Source of the DNA: an uncultured Nitrososphaeraceae archaeon | GTDB taxonomy: Archaea > Thermoproteota > Nitrososphaeria > Nitrososphaerales > Nitrososphaeraceae | Reading direction: 5' to 3' | Assembly: GCA_963779615.1 (NCBI GenBank) | Contig: CAVZZA010000001.1 | Coordinates: 645,743 to 709,742 of the forward strand | Length of the DNA: 64,000 nt | Shown here: positions 10,733 to 22,052 of the stretch, piece by piece | Numbering within the stretch: the stretch's first letter is position 1 | Layout of the letters: each line of letters begins with the position of its first letter | Program-made: the position numbers and the translations under genes | Notes under the pieces: model-generated | Databases searched by the model: none | What the model saw: only the letters and a program-made list of their open reading frames with translations | Told to the model about the DNA's origin: nothing

Positions 10733-11245
10733 TTGACAAATAAACCAGAAACACAAAATAACAAAACGGGAAAAACAGTGAGAGAATCAGAGGCTGAAAC
10801 CACCCTGGTGATGTTACCTTCAGATGCCAATCCCTTAGGAAATGTTTTTGGAGGGATAATCTTAAAACATGTGGACCTGACTGCAGGCTTGGTGGCAAAA
10901 AGACACGCAGGTCATGCAAATATTGTTACTGCTAGCATGGATAGCATGACCTTTTTAAAACCAGTTTATATTGGAAATGCATTGATATTGAAAGCAAGAA
11001 TTAATTATGTAAAAAGAAGTTCCATGGAGGTGCAGGTAGATATTGAAGCAGAAGATCTCAATAAATCTCAAAAAGTACACACAGGCACTGCATACGTAAC
11101 ATTGGTGGCGTTAGATGAAAAAGGAAAACCTGTTGAGGTTCCAAAGTTAGATTTACAAAACAAGGAAGAACAAGATAGATATTTTGATGGGGAAAATAGA
11201 ATGGAATTAAGATTGAGAAACAGGAAAAAGAAAAAAATTGATTAA
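10733..11245 (+). CDS. Acyl-CoA thioesterase (hotdog fold, YciA-like)
   Basis: DANPLGNVFGG..L..VD, VTASMD, FLKPV. Confidence 0.93.
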   Translation: MTNKPETQNNKTGKTVRESEAETTLVMLPSDANPLGNVFGGIILKHVDLTAGLVAKRHAGHANIVTASMDSMTFLKPVYIGNALILKARINYVKRSSMEVQVDIEAEDLNKSQKVHTGTAYVTLVALDEKGKPVEVPKLDLQNKEEQDRYFDGENRMELRLRNRKKKKID

Positions 11246-12297
11246 AAGATTTTGTTTTCATCCATAGGATAAAGGTAAACATTGGTTTTTTCATCACCTA
11301 TGGGGATAGAGTCCAACAAAATAGAATGCTCAATTTCTGAATTATCAAGGCCACTGCCCTTTTTGCCTAAAATGCAATTACTGTTAATGGTGTAATCTAG
11401 CGTTAGAGAATTAAATGGCTCCAAAGTTACGCGCTCTTCCCCCAATATCCCATAATCTCTTATTGAATTTGACATTATTCTTCCACCATCATTTAACAGG
11501 AGTTTGACCTCGAATTTCTTTCTTAAAGTTTCTAATCCTGCTTTAATATCGAAAGTTTCACCTGTGATAACATATGAAATTAAATGAGACTCTTGTACAA
11601 GTTTTGAAAGAAAGTTGTAGATTGGAAGTGTTGTGACAATGACAACTTTTAAATTGTTCTTGGGATTTAGCATCGCAATTTCGCCATTTTTATACAGTTC
11701 AATGAAATCTGAACTGGTAATGCTTCTAAAGGACCTGATAGATACAACAAAATGAAATTTACTCTCATCTACAAATTTCTTTGATAAATTCAACAGTTCG
11801 TTATAGACGTGTGGGTGGTTATCGTTGCTGCCTACAAGGTGTTTTCCAAAGAACTCCCAAGACCATATTTGGGCATGATTTTCCATCATGTTGTTTATTG
11901 TTACCATGATGGCACGATTTCCAACCAGAATGCGATGCAAAGATGCAAAGATGTTGTCACCCACTTTTCTGCTTCCTCCAGTGAGCAATTGAATACCGCC
12001 GCCTTGTTTCCCGATTACTTTGTAAGCATATGTCCCGCTATTTTGACTATATGCTTCTCCAGCAATAAAACTTGTGGCTTGATAGGGAACACTCATTTTA
12101 TCGACATATTCATTTGATGCTCCGATTAAAACATAGGGAAGAATTTTGGATAAATGATGACAGCCCAGATCCTTGTCTGTATCAAACAGTTGGACTCCTC
12201 TTTTTTTAAAATGGTCGTGTTTTTCTTGGTTTAGGGCTTTTGTTTCAAAAAGAAGATCTAACTTTTTATGATAGTTTTCAGTAAATTCTTTTAGCAA
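11242..12297 (-). CDS. RibD C-terminal/DHFR-fold-like hypothetical reductase
   Basis: C-terminal LETLRKKFEVKLLLNDGG...ILGEERVTLEP resembles the RibD_C motif LL.EGG...LVDE..L.I.P. Confidence 0.55.
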   Translation of the reverse strand: MLKEFTENYHKKLDLLFETKALNQEKHDHFKKRGVQLFDTDKDLGCHHLSKILPYVLIGASNEYVDKMSVPYQATSFIAGEAYSQNSGTYAYKVIGKQGGGIQLLTGGSRKVGDNIFASLHRILVGNRAIMVTINNMMENHAQIWSWEFFGKHLVGSNDNHPHVYNELLNLSKKFVDESKFHFVVSIRSFRSITSSDFIELYKNGEIAMLNPKNNLKVVIVTTLPIYNFLSKLVQESHLISYVITGETFDIKAGLETLRKKFEVKLLLNDGGRIMSNSIRDYGILGEERVTLEPFNSLTLDYTINSNCILGKKGSGLDNSEIEHSILLDSIPIGDEKTNVYLYPMDENKIF

Positions 12298-12787
12298 TTA
12301 AAAAACTCTTACCATAAAAAACAACGTGTTTAATAATTGGAGAAGCAGCAGATGGTTTCCACCGTTTACCTGGTCTTTTGTTATGTTGTTGCTACAAAAG
12401 CCGATACCAATATTTTCAGAAAGATGTTGTGAACCTTGGCCTGGAAATGATTTCAATTGGTTTGATCTTTGGTTACTAGTGGTAGTAGCGGGTGGAGGAG
12501 TGTGATTAGGAGAAGAATGATTGTTGCCATCGACTTTGTGTTTGCCACTACTATTATTACCGCCGCCTTGTTGAAATACTGTATTGCCTCCGTTAAATAA
12601 AATTGATGGTGGTGGTGTTTTTAGTTCTATATTTGCGACAGTTAAACAGCCATTCATGATAGCGATTTAATGTAAAACTGGGGTATTTATACTGAGCAGG
12701 TGAAGGGTTAAGGATTTGTATGGTGCTTGGACCCCTTGCGTAATTAGTACCATTAAAACATTTCAAAAATTGCAGCGTATGGATCAC
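12298..12787 (-). pseudogene. Fragmented hypothetical gene
   Basis: Two overlapping ORFs in different frames with low-complexity Gly/Asn/Pro/Thr sequence. Confidence 0.35.
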
Positions 12788-13333
12788 AATACTCTTTCAA
12801 ATAAATTTTGTATGAAATGCAAATAAAACAGGGAAAATTATGGTGCTCGTCCAATTATGCAGGATTCAATTTAGAGGGTCCGTAAAGTTATGGATCACTA
12901 AAAATCTTAATTGTTTGGGTGTGCATCTCCAAACAAATACGATGGATTATTTGTTTAGTTGAACTAAAATGGAAAAAAGGGCAACAATTCAATTATTTGC
13001 TTAAACTTTTTAATGTGTCCCAAGACAGGAAAAATGTCTTAACTTTGCAGCTCCAATTTGTGGACTGTAATTGTATAAAATATAATGTCAATACCTGTTT
13101 AACAGGATGCTAAAAACGGAGTATAATTATTTTGTTTTTCCATGTCTGTTTTAATAATAACAGTTAAATTTTTTTACCTTTTTATTGTCGGGGAAAAACA
13201 TAGAAGGTAAATTGATGGGAAAATCAGATAATGTATTTTTCCATTATAATCTAATTGAAGTTTTGAGAAAAAAACTATTATGTATTTATCAGAAACAATC
13301 TTCATAAACAATATAGAATAAAAAATCACAGTA

Positions 13334-14020
13334 ATGCATTTCAATAAAATAAGTATCAGTTTGATGTTTTTTGTTTTAATGGTTTTGACATGCGGCATTA
13401 TTGTATCTTTGCCAACAAAGACAGCTAATGCTGATGAAGATTCCGCAGTCCATAACAATAAAATTTCAAACCATGATACTTCAGATAAGCCGGATAAAGC
13501 TTCAGATGAAAATATTGAATGCATAGTGGATTTCACACAAAACTATTTTAATTCTCCTTCTTCTCCTTCCGATTCAAACATTTGCAACAAAGACAATTCC
13601 ATTTCTAACGATGAGAGCGACAATGAGAGCGACAATGAGAGCGACAATGAGAGCGACAATGAGAGCGACATGTATCAATCGAATCAAATTCAATTCCTAC
13701 AGCAAGGCAGCCCACAGCAGCAAGGCAGCCCACAGCAGCAAGGCAGCCCACAGCAGCAAGGCAGCCCACAGCAGCAAGGCAGCCCACAGCAGCAAGGCAG
13801 CCCACAGCAGCAAGGCAGCCCACAGCAGCAAGGCAGCCCACAGCAGCAAGATTCAAACATAGGAATAGTGAAAATAGTGAACTATAACAAACCAGTCAGT
13901 AGTATCAGCAATTCCCCAATACCTTATTCATATGCTAGCCCTTCTCCATACTATAAAGCTCAGGATCCATCACCAACAACAAATACAGCGATAAAGTGCC
14001 CTAAAAACAATACCAGCTAA
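13334..14020 (+). CDS. Secreted low-complexity repeat protein
   Basis: Signal peptide (ANA-D); ESDN and QQGSPQ repeats; T-rich terminator downstream. Confidence 0.75.
   Translation: MHFNKISISLMFFVLMVLTCGIIVSLPTKTANADEDSAVHNNKISNHDTSDKPDKASDENIECIVDFTQNYFNSPSSPSDSNICNKDNSISNDESDNESDNESDNESDNESDMYQSNQIQFLQQGSPQQQGSPQQQGSPQQQGSPQQQGSPQQQGSPQQQGSPQQQGSPQQQDSNIGIVKIVNYNKPVSSISNSPIPYSYASPSPYYKAQDPSPTTNTAIKCPKNNTS
13611..13670 (+). repeat. 12-bp tandem repeat x5
   Basis: atgagagcgaca x5. Confidence 0.95.
13700..13850 (+). repeat. 18-bp tandem repeat x8.4
   Basis: cagcaaggcagcccacag perfectly repeated. Confidence 0.95.
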
Positions 14021-14924
14021 GTTTGAGTGCTTTTTTTATTGGTTGTTGTAAAGAACTAATGCTAAGACCATAGATTCCAGAAACATAACAGCATACACAT
14101 AAAAAAAATATTGGTGATAAAACCGTTAGTGGAATGAGGAAGTATGAAACCTTCCAATAAATTCAAAGAATTAGGATAAACTCAATCAAAATACCTGTCA
14201 AAAAAAGGTATTTGATTTGAAATTACAAGCAAATTATTACCTGTTTGAATCTGATTTGGATAAAAATAGCCCCAGTCCAGAGAGGAAACCTTAAAGGCAG
14301 CGGCTAATAATGGCCAAGGCATATGGTACAATAACTCTCATTTAGGGTATTAGGGTTTATTCTGCTTTGTTGCATAACTCATTTTCGTATTTTTTAGACG
14401 TGTTAGTTTTATTTTTGTAAGAGGAATAATCGATATTCGTATTGTGCCGATATGTGCTCTCTTTTAATTTGACGAATTTCACAGTTATGCAACAAAGCAG
14501 TTTATTCAATAAGAGTCGACATGATTTTGATTGTATCTGTATCTGTATTTCTCATGAAGGGACAAAGTAGTTGGCAAATAAGAACAATCGGCAGCAATAC
14601 ACTGTTGCTGATAGCTTGAGTATTCCATATGGCACTCGGATGCTTCAATGACTGGTACAAAACCAAGAATTAAGACCAAAACAAAACATTTTGTGGGTTA
14701 GAAATGCTATCAAGGGATACGGCATATGCATCATGGAACATCATCAAATGGCCTGTACACATTTCAAAAAGGGCGAAAAAATAATAATCAGTTATGATCC
14801 GGAAAAAAGGGAATAATAATGCTGTGAATAAGATAAAAACTTTTTAATAATTTTTAATATAAATTAGTAATGGATAAAATGATCAAATCGTTTAATGACA
14901 ATTTAATATACAACAAAACATTAA

Positions 14925-15839
14925 TTGCCTGAGATTATCACGTCATCCTTTTTAAAATGGGCAGGAGGAAAAAAAAGATTGGTTGTCATTCTCGATAAAC
15001 TTACCCCAAAATACATAGAAAGATACTTTGAGCCCTTTTTGGGAAGCGGGGCTTTTTTCTTTTATTTGGTTCAGACAAAGAAGAAATTTAAAGCCACCCT
15101 GTCTGATTCTAATTTTGAGTTAATTAACACATACAAGGAATTAAGAGACCACACAAACGATCTAATAGAGATCTTGTGTGGACATCAGGCAAATTATTAT
15201 AAAAATAGAGAAAAATATTATTATTTTATTAGGGATGAATATGTTACAAAACACAGCACCGAATTAGCTGGGAGGTTTATTTTTTTAAATAAATCTTGCT
15301 ATAATGGGTTATACAGGGTCAACAGGCTAGGCAGTTTTAATGTTCCCCATGGAAGGTATATAAACCCAACGATCTGTAATAAAGAAAAACTAGTTGAGTG
15401 TTCAGAGCTATTACGCGTGAATGATGTGGAGATATTGTGCGATGTTTATGGGAATGTAACATCAAAATGTGAAAACAACGATTTTATCTACTTTGATCCC
15501 CCGTATTTCCCTATATCCAAAACCTCAAATTTTGCAGATTACACCAAGGAAAGTTTTGGGATATTGGAGCATAATGAATTGGCTAAAGAATTTGAAAGAC
15601 TAAATGAAGTGGGATCCAAGGTAGTTTTATCCAACTCCAATTCAGACTATGTAAAAACACTATACAGAAAGTTTGATGTAATGAAGATAAAGTCCACTCG
15701 AAATATCAATTGCGACCCAGACAAAAGGAAGGATCATTATGACTTGATAATTCTCAACTACGATAAAAAAATAAAAGACAAAAAACTAGTGTCAGAAATC
15801 AACAACAGTTCAAAGGCAAGCAGTAGTATCAAGGGTTAA
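14925..15839 (+). CDS. dam: Dam-family (D12 class) DNA adenine methyltransferase, orphan
   Basis: KWAGGK, EPFLGSGA, YNGLYRVN and DPPY motifs. Confidence 0.92.
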   Translation: MPEIITSSFLKWAGGKKRLVVILDKLTPKYIERYFEPFLGSGAFFFYLVQTKKKFKATLSDSNFELINTYKELRDHTNDLIEILCGHQANYYKNREKYYYFIRDEYVTKHSTELAGRFIFLNKSCYNGLYRVNRLGSFNVPHGRYINPTICNKEKLVECSELLRVNDVEILCDVYGNVTSKCENNDFIYFDPPYFPISKTSNFADYTKESFGILEHNELAKEFERLNEVGSKVVLSNSNSDYVKTLYRKFDVMKIKSTRNINCDPDKRKDHYDLIILNYDKKIKDKKLVSEINNSSKASSSIKG

Positions 15840-15862
15840 TTATTTGCAAAGGTTTTCTAAAA

Positions 15863-16963
15863 TTATATGACTCCCACTTGTCTAAGCTTTTGGGGCAAAT
15901 AAGTTTCCGCAAGGTATTTAAATCCATGTTTAAAAAACGCATCCAACTCGCATTTTTCCTTTTTGTTCAAGAACAGGCTAAGTTCCTTTTGCCATTGTTT
16001 CTCTTGTAACCATGGCTTTTTTTTCATATCATTAGCCCTGTTGATGTCCTCATCGGTAGCTGTCAGCCTGGCCACCTCAGGAATGTTGTATTCGTAAATG
16101 TCCGAAAACATCATTCCAAGAACTTGGGCGTTAGGAGTTACAAGTCTATCACTGTCATAACTTAGCGATTCGCTGCCAATCTTGTACCTTAGAGCAATAC
16201 CTAGTCCCCATGGGTCTGCGTCAGCAAAAACTACTACTGGCTTTTTCCAGGTTTCACTTAACATTTTTACCATTATCCTGGTTGCTCGATCGGGTTCACC
16301 TGACCCGGTCAATAGGATGGCGTTATATTTTTGAATGAACCCAGATTTTCGGATATTGTTTAAAACAGTGTCCTTTTCTACAACCATCACAAAGTCCGCC
16401 TTTACATCGTCTATTTGTACATCTCCAATATTTGTGGGAATAAGTTGGGATGTGGATCTGCTTCCCAAATTACAATCAATTATGTCGCCGCCAACTCTCA
16501 ATTTTATTGGCCCAGAAATCATCCCTTTTGGTTTGGATGTTACAGAAAACTCTTCTCGTGGTATACCGGTCAATAACTCGACAGCTTTGATGGCGTCATC
16601 TGAATTGTCTTGATTGTTCCAGAACTTTTGCTTGTTTTTTTCATCACCGACATTACTAAGAGTGGCATAGTACATTCCTCTTATGGTACTTTCCATGTCT
16701 TCGTCGAGCAGTTTTTTTATTGCGTTTGCCATGACAAGGTATTGCGCAAATGTGGGGATCCTTTTTATACTGTCTGGACTGACTTCAATTTTTTTATCCC
16801 CTATGGTAAGCATTCTTTTTTCATTAGACCACACGGTGTTATCATATCCTACTTTTGGCAGGTCTAAGATCGGCATTTGTTTTTGAATAATCACATCCTC
16901 AGAGATTTTTTTCATCATTTTTTTAATTATGAGTATAAATTCATTTTTTTTCTCCGATGACAA
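15863..16963 (-). CDS. top6A: DNA topoisomerase VI subunit A
   Basis: TIRGMYY (catalytic Tyr), VVEKD TOPRIM, G.G.PD.ATR, DADPWG. Confidence 0.93.
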   Translation of the reverse strand: MSSEKKNEFILIIKKMMKKISEDVIIQKQMPILDLPKVGYDNTVWSNEKRMLTIGDKKIEVSPDSIKRIPTFAQYLVMANAIKKLLDEDMESTIRGMYYATLSNVGDEKNKQKFWNNQDNSDDAIKAVELLTGIPREEFSVTSKPKGMISGPIKLRVGGDIIDCNLGSRSTSQLIPTNIGDVQIDDVKADFVMVVEKDTVLNNIRKSGFIQKYNAILLTGSGEPDRATRIMVKMLSETWKKPVVVFADADPWGLGIALRYKIGSESLSYDSDRLVTPNAQVLGMMFSDIYEYNIPEVARLTATDEDINRANDMKKKPWLQEKQWQKELSLFLNKKEKCELDAFFKHGFKYLAETYLPQKLRQVGVI

Positions 16964-16975
16964 ATATGATATAGC

Positions 16976-19294
16976 TTATTTTATTTTTCCTTTATTTACC
17001 CTTCTCTGATAATAGTCCAATGTGGAGTGAGCATCACTAGCTTTGATTTTTTTCCTATTATTGATTTTCGCTTTTTTCCCGGGGTTTTTTCCCAGGGGTT
17101 TTTTGAACACACGCTGACTAGCTTTTGATACCGGTTTTTCGGGGACCTTGTTTTCATTATTTTTATTGCTACTTTCCTTTATTTTCGATTTATCCTTGGG
17201 GGAGGGAGAAGAGGAAGGGGAAGGGGAAGGAGTGAACGGTGTGCTGGAGGGAATTTGATTATATATGGATAACCTGTGTTTTGATTCGGTATTTTTGCTA
17301 TTTGCAACGTCTGTTTTGGAGGCACTACTTGAAATGGTTGATTTATCTTTTTTTCCAGAATTTGGGGATATTGAAGATGGGGATGCATAAGAATCAGAGC
17401 CGGAAGCAGAAAAGCCGGGCTCATCACCAACACTATCGGCATTTGGTTTTTTTGTCAGGTGTTTTTCTATTAGTGAGGAGAAAGACTCATTCAATTTGGA
17501 GTTTTTAATGCCTAATGAATCCGTTATTGCCTCCACTATGAACGGTAGATAATGTTTGTATAATTTCATTTTGTTTTCTGCCTCCTTCATCTTGAGTTCC
17601 TTTCTTATCTGTGTACTTAGTTTTCGATAAAGTTCCGAAAGACAGGATTTCATGTAGTATTTTAATTCACCTTCAGAAGCGATACTTTCTTTACCTGCGG
17701 TTTTATAGGGTATTTTCGTAGAGCAAACATGAAAGAAAATATGTATTGGCAAAACTTCAATGACACGATCCCTTTTTGATTCTTTGTTGTTGGTAGAGAA
17801 CTGCTCTTTAGCTTGTTTTTTGGTGATGCCCATTTTATTTATTTCCACTTCTGACACCACCTCTCTTGCTACATCAGATCCTTCGTCATAAAGAAGGGGT
17901 ATTTTATTGGCAAATCGGTACAATTTAAAAGAGTTTATGTCTCCACCATATGCCAACCCGGTCTCTATAATTGTTGGCCTGTTATTTATTATTCCAGTTC
18001 TTGAAGTATATGCAGTAAGAACTGGTTGTAGTACTTTAACAGAAAAGTTGGACTTGGATGCACTATTGTTGTTTGTTTCAATATTTGAGATGTTTTTTTC
18101 ATCACTGTTGTAATTACCTGCTTTTTTGGCCTGGTCTGTCAACGCCCTATCATGGTTGCTGGTGCCAGAAGGTGAATTGTCGCTATTTTTATTAGAAACA
18201 ATGGTATATTCAGACATCATTCCGATTGTAAGAATTTCCTGGCCAATTGGGCTTAGATGATCGGTATTAGGATTTTGGAATTTTGTTTTTTTACAAATGT
18301 TTACAATTTTTATGAGATCGTGTTCACTAAAATTAGCGTTAGCTTTCTTTAATTCCATGTCCAAATCTGCATTCGATAAAATCTCTTTCGCTTTATCGTA
18401 TGAAAGCTTTTGAAAAGAGGAACACAATATTTTTGGCAGCGTTATCTTCTGCCCCGAAAATTTTGAAATAGCCTTTTTCAGTGTTTGCAGATCCATGTCA
18501 GATGGGTGCGGTAAAATTTCCTGGGCTGGCGCAGGCATTATGGAAGTCCGCCTGTCAAAAGAAAAAACCCCGTCATCTGTTTCAAATGTTATGAAAGCAT
18601 AAGGGTTTACAATACTCGTTTGTGTGACATAATCATAAATTTTGTTTTTAGTGATTGGTACAAGTCTTGCTCTCAAAATAACCTGTATTATAAATCCAGA
18701 CCGTCCTTCTATTCGAGAGTCAGGTTTGTTTACTGATTTTTTTGACAAAACTATGGGCTTGTTAGTTCCAATATCGGTTCTCAGTTCAAAATAATACTCA
18801 TCAGACTCTTCTGTTGACTTACTCCAAACCTTGATTGGAAAATCCGTATCCTTGGTTGAAAAGGCCGCAACCATTTTCAACCCTACCCCAAAAAGTCCTC
18901 GTTGTTGTTTTTCCATGTATTTTGCAGATGTTAAAAAAGAACAAACAGCAACAGGCAATTTGTCTGAAGATATACCGGTTCCGTTATCTTCACAATACAG
19001 TGTCCAAAGATCATTGGATTGATCGAATGATTTTAATGAGATTTTGATCGAAGGCAAAATTGAAAAGACTTCACAAGAGTCTAAAGCGTTTTCTATCAGT
19101 TCTCTTACCGCCATATATAATATGCGCTCTCCCGAAAAACCGGCTAAAGCTGAATTATCAACAAAGAATTCTGATTCCGCTTTTTTATTGTAAATTATTT
19201 TGTGTTCTTCTTTTTGGTGGGATGGTTGTTGGTTATTTTGGGGTTTTTGTTGGTCGGGTTTCAGAACGGCTGTGACGGGTTTAAGAGATTTCAA
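16976..19294 (-). CDS. top6B: DNA topoisomerase VI subunit B with insertion and long disordered C-terminal tail
   Basis: RELIENALD, EDNGTG, QQRGLFGVG, RFANKIPLLYD, KIPYKTAGKE. Confidence 0.93.
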   Translation of the reverse strand: MKSLKPVTAVLKPDQQKPQNNQQPSHQKEEHKIIYNKKAESEFFVDNSALAGFSGERILYMAVRELIENALDSCEVFSILPSIKISLKSFDQSNDLWTLYCEDNGTGISSDKLPVAVCSFLTSAKYMEKQQRGLFGVGLKMVAAFSTKDTDFPIKVWSKSTEESDEYYFELRTDIGTNKPIVLSKKSVNKPDSRIEGRSGFIIQVILRARLVPITKNKIYDYVTQTSIVNPYAFITFETDDGVFSFDRRTSIMPAPAQEILPHPSDMDLQTLKKAISKFSGQKITLPKILCSSFQKLSYDKAKEILSNADLDMELKKANANFSEHDLIKIVNICKKTKFQNPNTDHLSPIGQEILTIGMMSEYTIVSNKNSDNSPSGTSNHDRALTDQAKKAGNYNSDEKNISNIETNNNSASKSNFSVKVLQPVLTAYTSRTGIINNRPTIIETGLAYGGDINSFKLYRFANKIPLLYDEGSDVAREVVSEVEINKMGITKKQAKEQFSTNNKESKRDRVIEVLPIHIFFHVCSTKIPYKTAGKESIASEGELKYYMKSCLSELYRKLSTQIRKELKMKEAENKMKLYKHYLPFIVEAITDSLGIKNSKLNESFSSLIEKHLTKKPNADSVGDEPGFSASGSDSYASPSSISPNSGKKDKSTISSSASKTDVANSKNTESKHRLSIYNQIPSSTPFTPSPSPSSSPSPKDKSKIKESSNKNNENKVPEKPVSKASQRVFKKPLGKNPGKKAKINNRKKIKASDAHSTLDYYQRRVNKGKIK

Positions 19295-20288
19295 ATATAA
19301 TATGTAGACACCTTATTTGATTTAATCGTTATTTATCTATGTTAGAGGTAAGAAAGTTATAAAGAATCAGAATCAGTCAATTTGTGAGCCATATGGGGTT
19401 GAAGAGTTTTTTAATTCCTTTATAGTATCGGGCAGTATTTCTATCAAATAGCGTTTTTTTTGCTTTTGTACCACAACATAGTCGGATCCCGTGCCCACTA
19501 CACATGCCTCCATCAAATTTTTTATTTTCAACTAATTTAAAAATATCTTGCATATATTTTTGGCTTTCTTTTTTCTGTTTTGATCTGTTTGTTTTTTTTG
19601 TGGTTGAATTAAACGGGTACTTCAGCAACAATATCTTTTTCTTTGGGCGCAAGGGTCTGTGGATTGCATGTATTTTTGGCTTTGATTTTTTTAAAACAAA
19701 AAGCGAGTTGCTTATCGCGTTACCAAGTTCTTTTTTTTAACGTTTGTATGAATATTGGATAATGTTGCTGCTGTTATTGATTTTATGGAACTGAATCTTG
19801 TGCATGCATGCATGCAAGCGTCTAAAAATAAGAAAAAAAAATTGAGTTATGCGGCAAAGCAGAAGAGAATTTAAAAAGTAAAAGATCATAATATGACATA
19901 TGGATGCAAAGTGCTTTAATTGCAATAATAAAGCAAATTTTGACATTGAAAAAAATATAATAATTTGCAAAAGGTGCGATATAGAAATTGATTATGACAA
20001 ATACATAGAAGCCATGAAAGAAAAAGCATTGAGTTTGGCAGATGACCTTCAAAGTAGTTGGGATAAACCAGGGTTTTAAAATGGATTCCATTTTTTATCG
20101 AGGTGCATTATCTGTCTGAATTGTTCTCTGTTGCCACAATTGTTGAATCCTAAATGACATGCGAAACATATTCAACACATAGTCAGTTTTTTGGCATGAT
20201 GGCTTTTCACGCCCGGACACCCCATGACGACATGCAAAAAAACATTTAGCAAGGTTAATTAAGGCTGAAAATTTATTTATACTATACT

Positions 20289-20684
20289 TTGGTAGAGTTT
20301 AAAGTAGTTGTTTCAGATTCTAATGGTATTAGTATTAGTCAGGAAATTAAAGACAAAAGCGCACAGCCTTTGTTAGGCTCCAAATTGGGTGATATTATAG
20401 ACTCATCGGTTTTTGGATTCAAAGACGGAAGGATAAAGTTAACCGGTGGTAGCGACAAGTCCGGCACTCCAATGCGTTCGGATCTTCATGGGGGCTCAAA
20501 AAAATACATCCTCATGACAACAGGTGTAGGCTTAAGAAACATGGAACTTGGTGGAAGAAAAAGAAAACTAGTTAGGGGAAATTTAATTACTGAAGAAATC
20601 TATCAGTTAAACTGCCAACTACTAGATTCGACATTGCCTGAAAAAGAGAAACCTGAAATTACTCAAACCGCAGACAATAAGTAA
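20289..20684 (+). CDS. rps6e: 30S ribosomal protein S6e
   Basis: KLTGGSDKSGTPMR and RKRKLVRGN motifs. Confidence 0.95.
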   Translation: MVEFKVVVSDSNGISISQEIKDKSAQPLLGSKLGDIIDSSVFGFKDGRIKLTGGSDKSGTPMRSDLHGGSKKYILMTTGVGLRNMELGGRKRKLVRGNLITEEIYQLNCQLLDSTLPEKEKPEITQTADNK

Positions 20685-20778
20685 AAGACTTTATATTTTT
20701 ACAGCCTGCATGTCTATCCGATGGCCAAGAATTTGATTTTAAGTAAATTAATATTTGTAAGAAAAAATACAAACAATA

Positions 20779-22041
20779 TTGCACTGGAAGGATACTTTAC
20801 CTGAATGGTATATTCAAAAATATGGATATCAACCATGTATAAACATTGGCACATCAGGACATGTAGATCACGGTAAAACTACATTAATAGAAGCTATTAC
20901 GGGAGTTTGGACAAGCGGACATAGTGAAGAACTTAGACGGGGAATTACCATTAAAGTTGGATATGCAGACGCTGCCTTTTACAAATGTCAAAATTGCGAA
21001 CCGCCTTCTAACTATTCAGTCCAGCCAAAATGTAACTTGTGTGACTCTGATGCGCAGCTAACCAGGGTGGTTAGCTTTGTAGATTCCCCTGGCCACGAAA
21101 GTTTGATGGCCAATATGCTTTCGGGTGGTGCTCTAATGGATGGGTCTATACTGGTTATTGCTGCAAATGAAAAAGTTCCTCAACCTCAAACTAGAGAACA
21201 TCTGTTAGCATTACAAGTGCTGGGAATAAATAACATTGTAATTGTTCAAAATAAGGTAGACTTGGTGGAGAAAGAAAAGGCGGTAGAAAACTATAATCAA
21301 ATTATAGAATTTGTAAGTGGAAGTGTGGCGGAAAAGGCTCCTATAATACCAATCTCCGCTCAACATAGGGTGAATATTGATGTATTAATTGAAAACATCG
21401 AAAAACACATCCCCACGCCTGAAAGAATCAATAATAATACTGGAATAATGCATATCTTAAGATCGTTTGATATCAACAAACCCGGTACCCCCATAAAGAA
21501 TATCAAAGGGGGGGCGCTAGGAGGGGCACTGATCCAAGGAGAATTTGAAACTGGTGGCGAAATAGAAATCCTTCCGGGCATTTATAATGAAAAAAAGAAC
21601 AAATATGAACCCATTTTCTCTGAAATTGCGTCATTGGCTACTGGAGCTGGCATAGTGGATAAGGTAAAACCAGGGGGATTGGTCGCAATTGGCTCAAAGT
21701 TGGATCCGTCCTTCATTAAAAGTGATTCTCTAATAGGGTCAGTTATTGGAAAGCCCAACTCATTGCCAGATACAGTTGAGGAAATATCCATTGACATCAA
21801 TTTATTTGACACTGCAGTAGGAACACAGGACATGGTAAAAGTTGACCCCATAAAAAATAAGGAAAACCTTAGACTAAACATTGGGACAGCGGTAACAACA
21901 GGAACTGTTACAGGCTCAAAAAACCAAAGAATTGAAATAAGGGTAAAAAAACCCGTTTGTTTAATGCAAAAAAGCAAGGTAGCAATAAGTAGAAGGATAG
22001 CAGACAGGTGGAGATTGATTGGAGCCGGAACAACCGTATAG
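20779..22041 (+). CDS. eif2g: Translation initiation factor 2 gamma subunit
   Basis: GHVDHGKT, EELRRGITIK, zinc knuckle, DSPGH, QNKVD, RWRLIG. Confidence 0.97.
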   Translation: MHWKDTLPEWYIQKYGYQPCINIGTSGHVDHGKTTLIEAITGVWTSGHSEELRRGITIKVGYADAAFYKCQNCEPPSNYSVQPKCNLCDSDAQLTRVVSFVDSPGHESLMANMLSGGALMDGSILVIAANEKVPQPQTREHLLALQVLGINNIVIVQNKVDLVEKEKAVENYNQIIEFVSGSVAEKAPIIPISAQHRVNIDVLIENIEKHIPTPERINNNTGIMHILRSFDINKPGTPIKNIKGGALGGALIQGEFETGGEIEILPGIYNEKKNKYEPIFSEIASLATGAGIVDKVKPGGLVAIGSKLDPSFIKSDSLIGSVIGKPNSLPDTVEEISIDINLFDTAVGTQDMVKVDPIKNKENLRLNIGTAVTTGTVTGSKNQRIEIRVKKPVCLMQKSKVAISRRIADRWRLIGAGTTV

Positions 22042-22052
22042 ATCAAATTAAA

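Noticed and set aside
19377-20230. Several short overlapping ORFs between top6B and rps6e
   Set aside because: No recognisable motifs and homopolymer-rich sequence; cannot support a call
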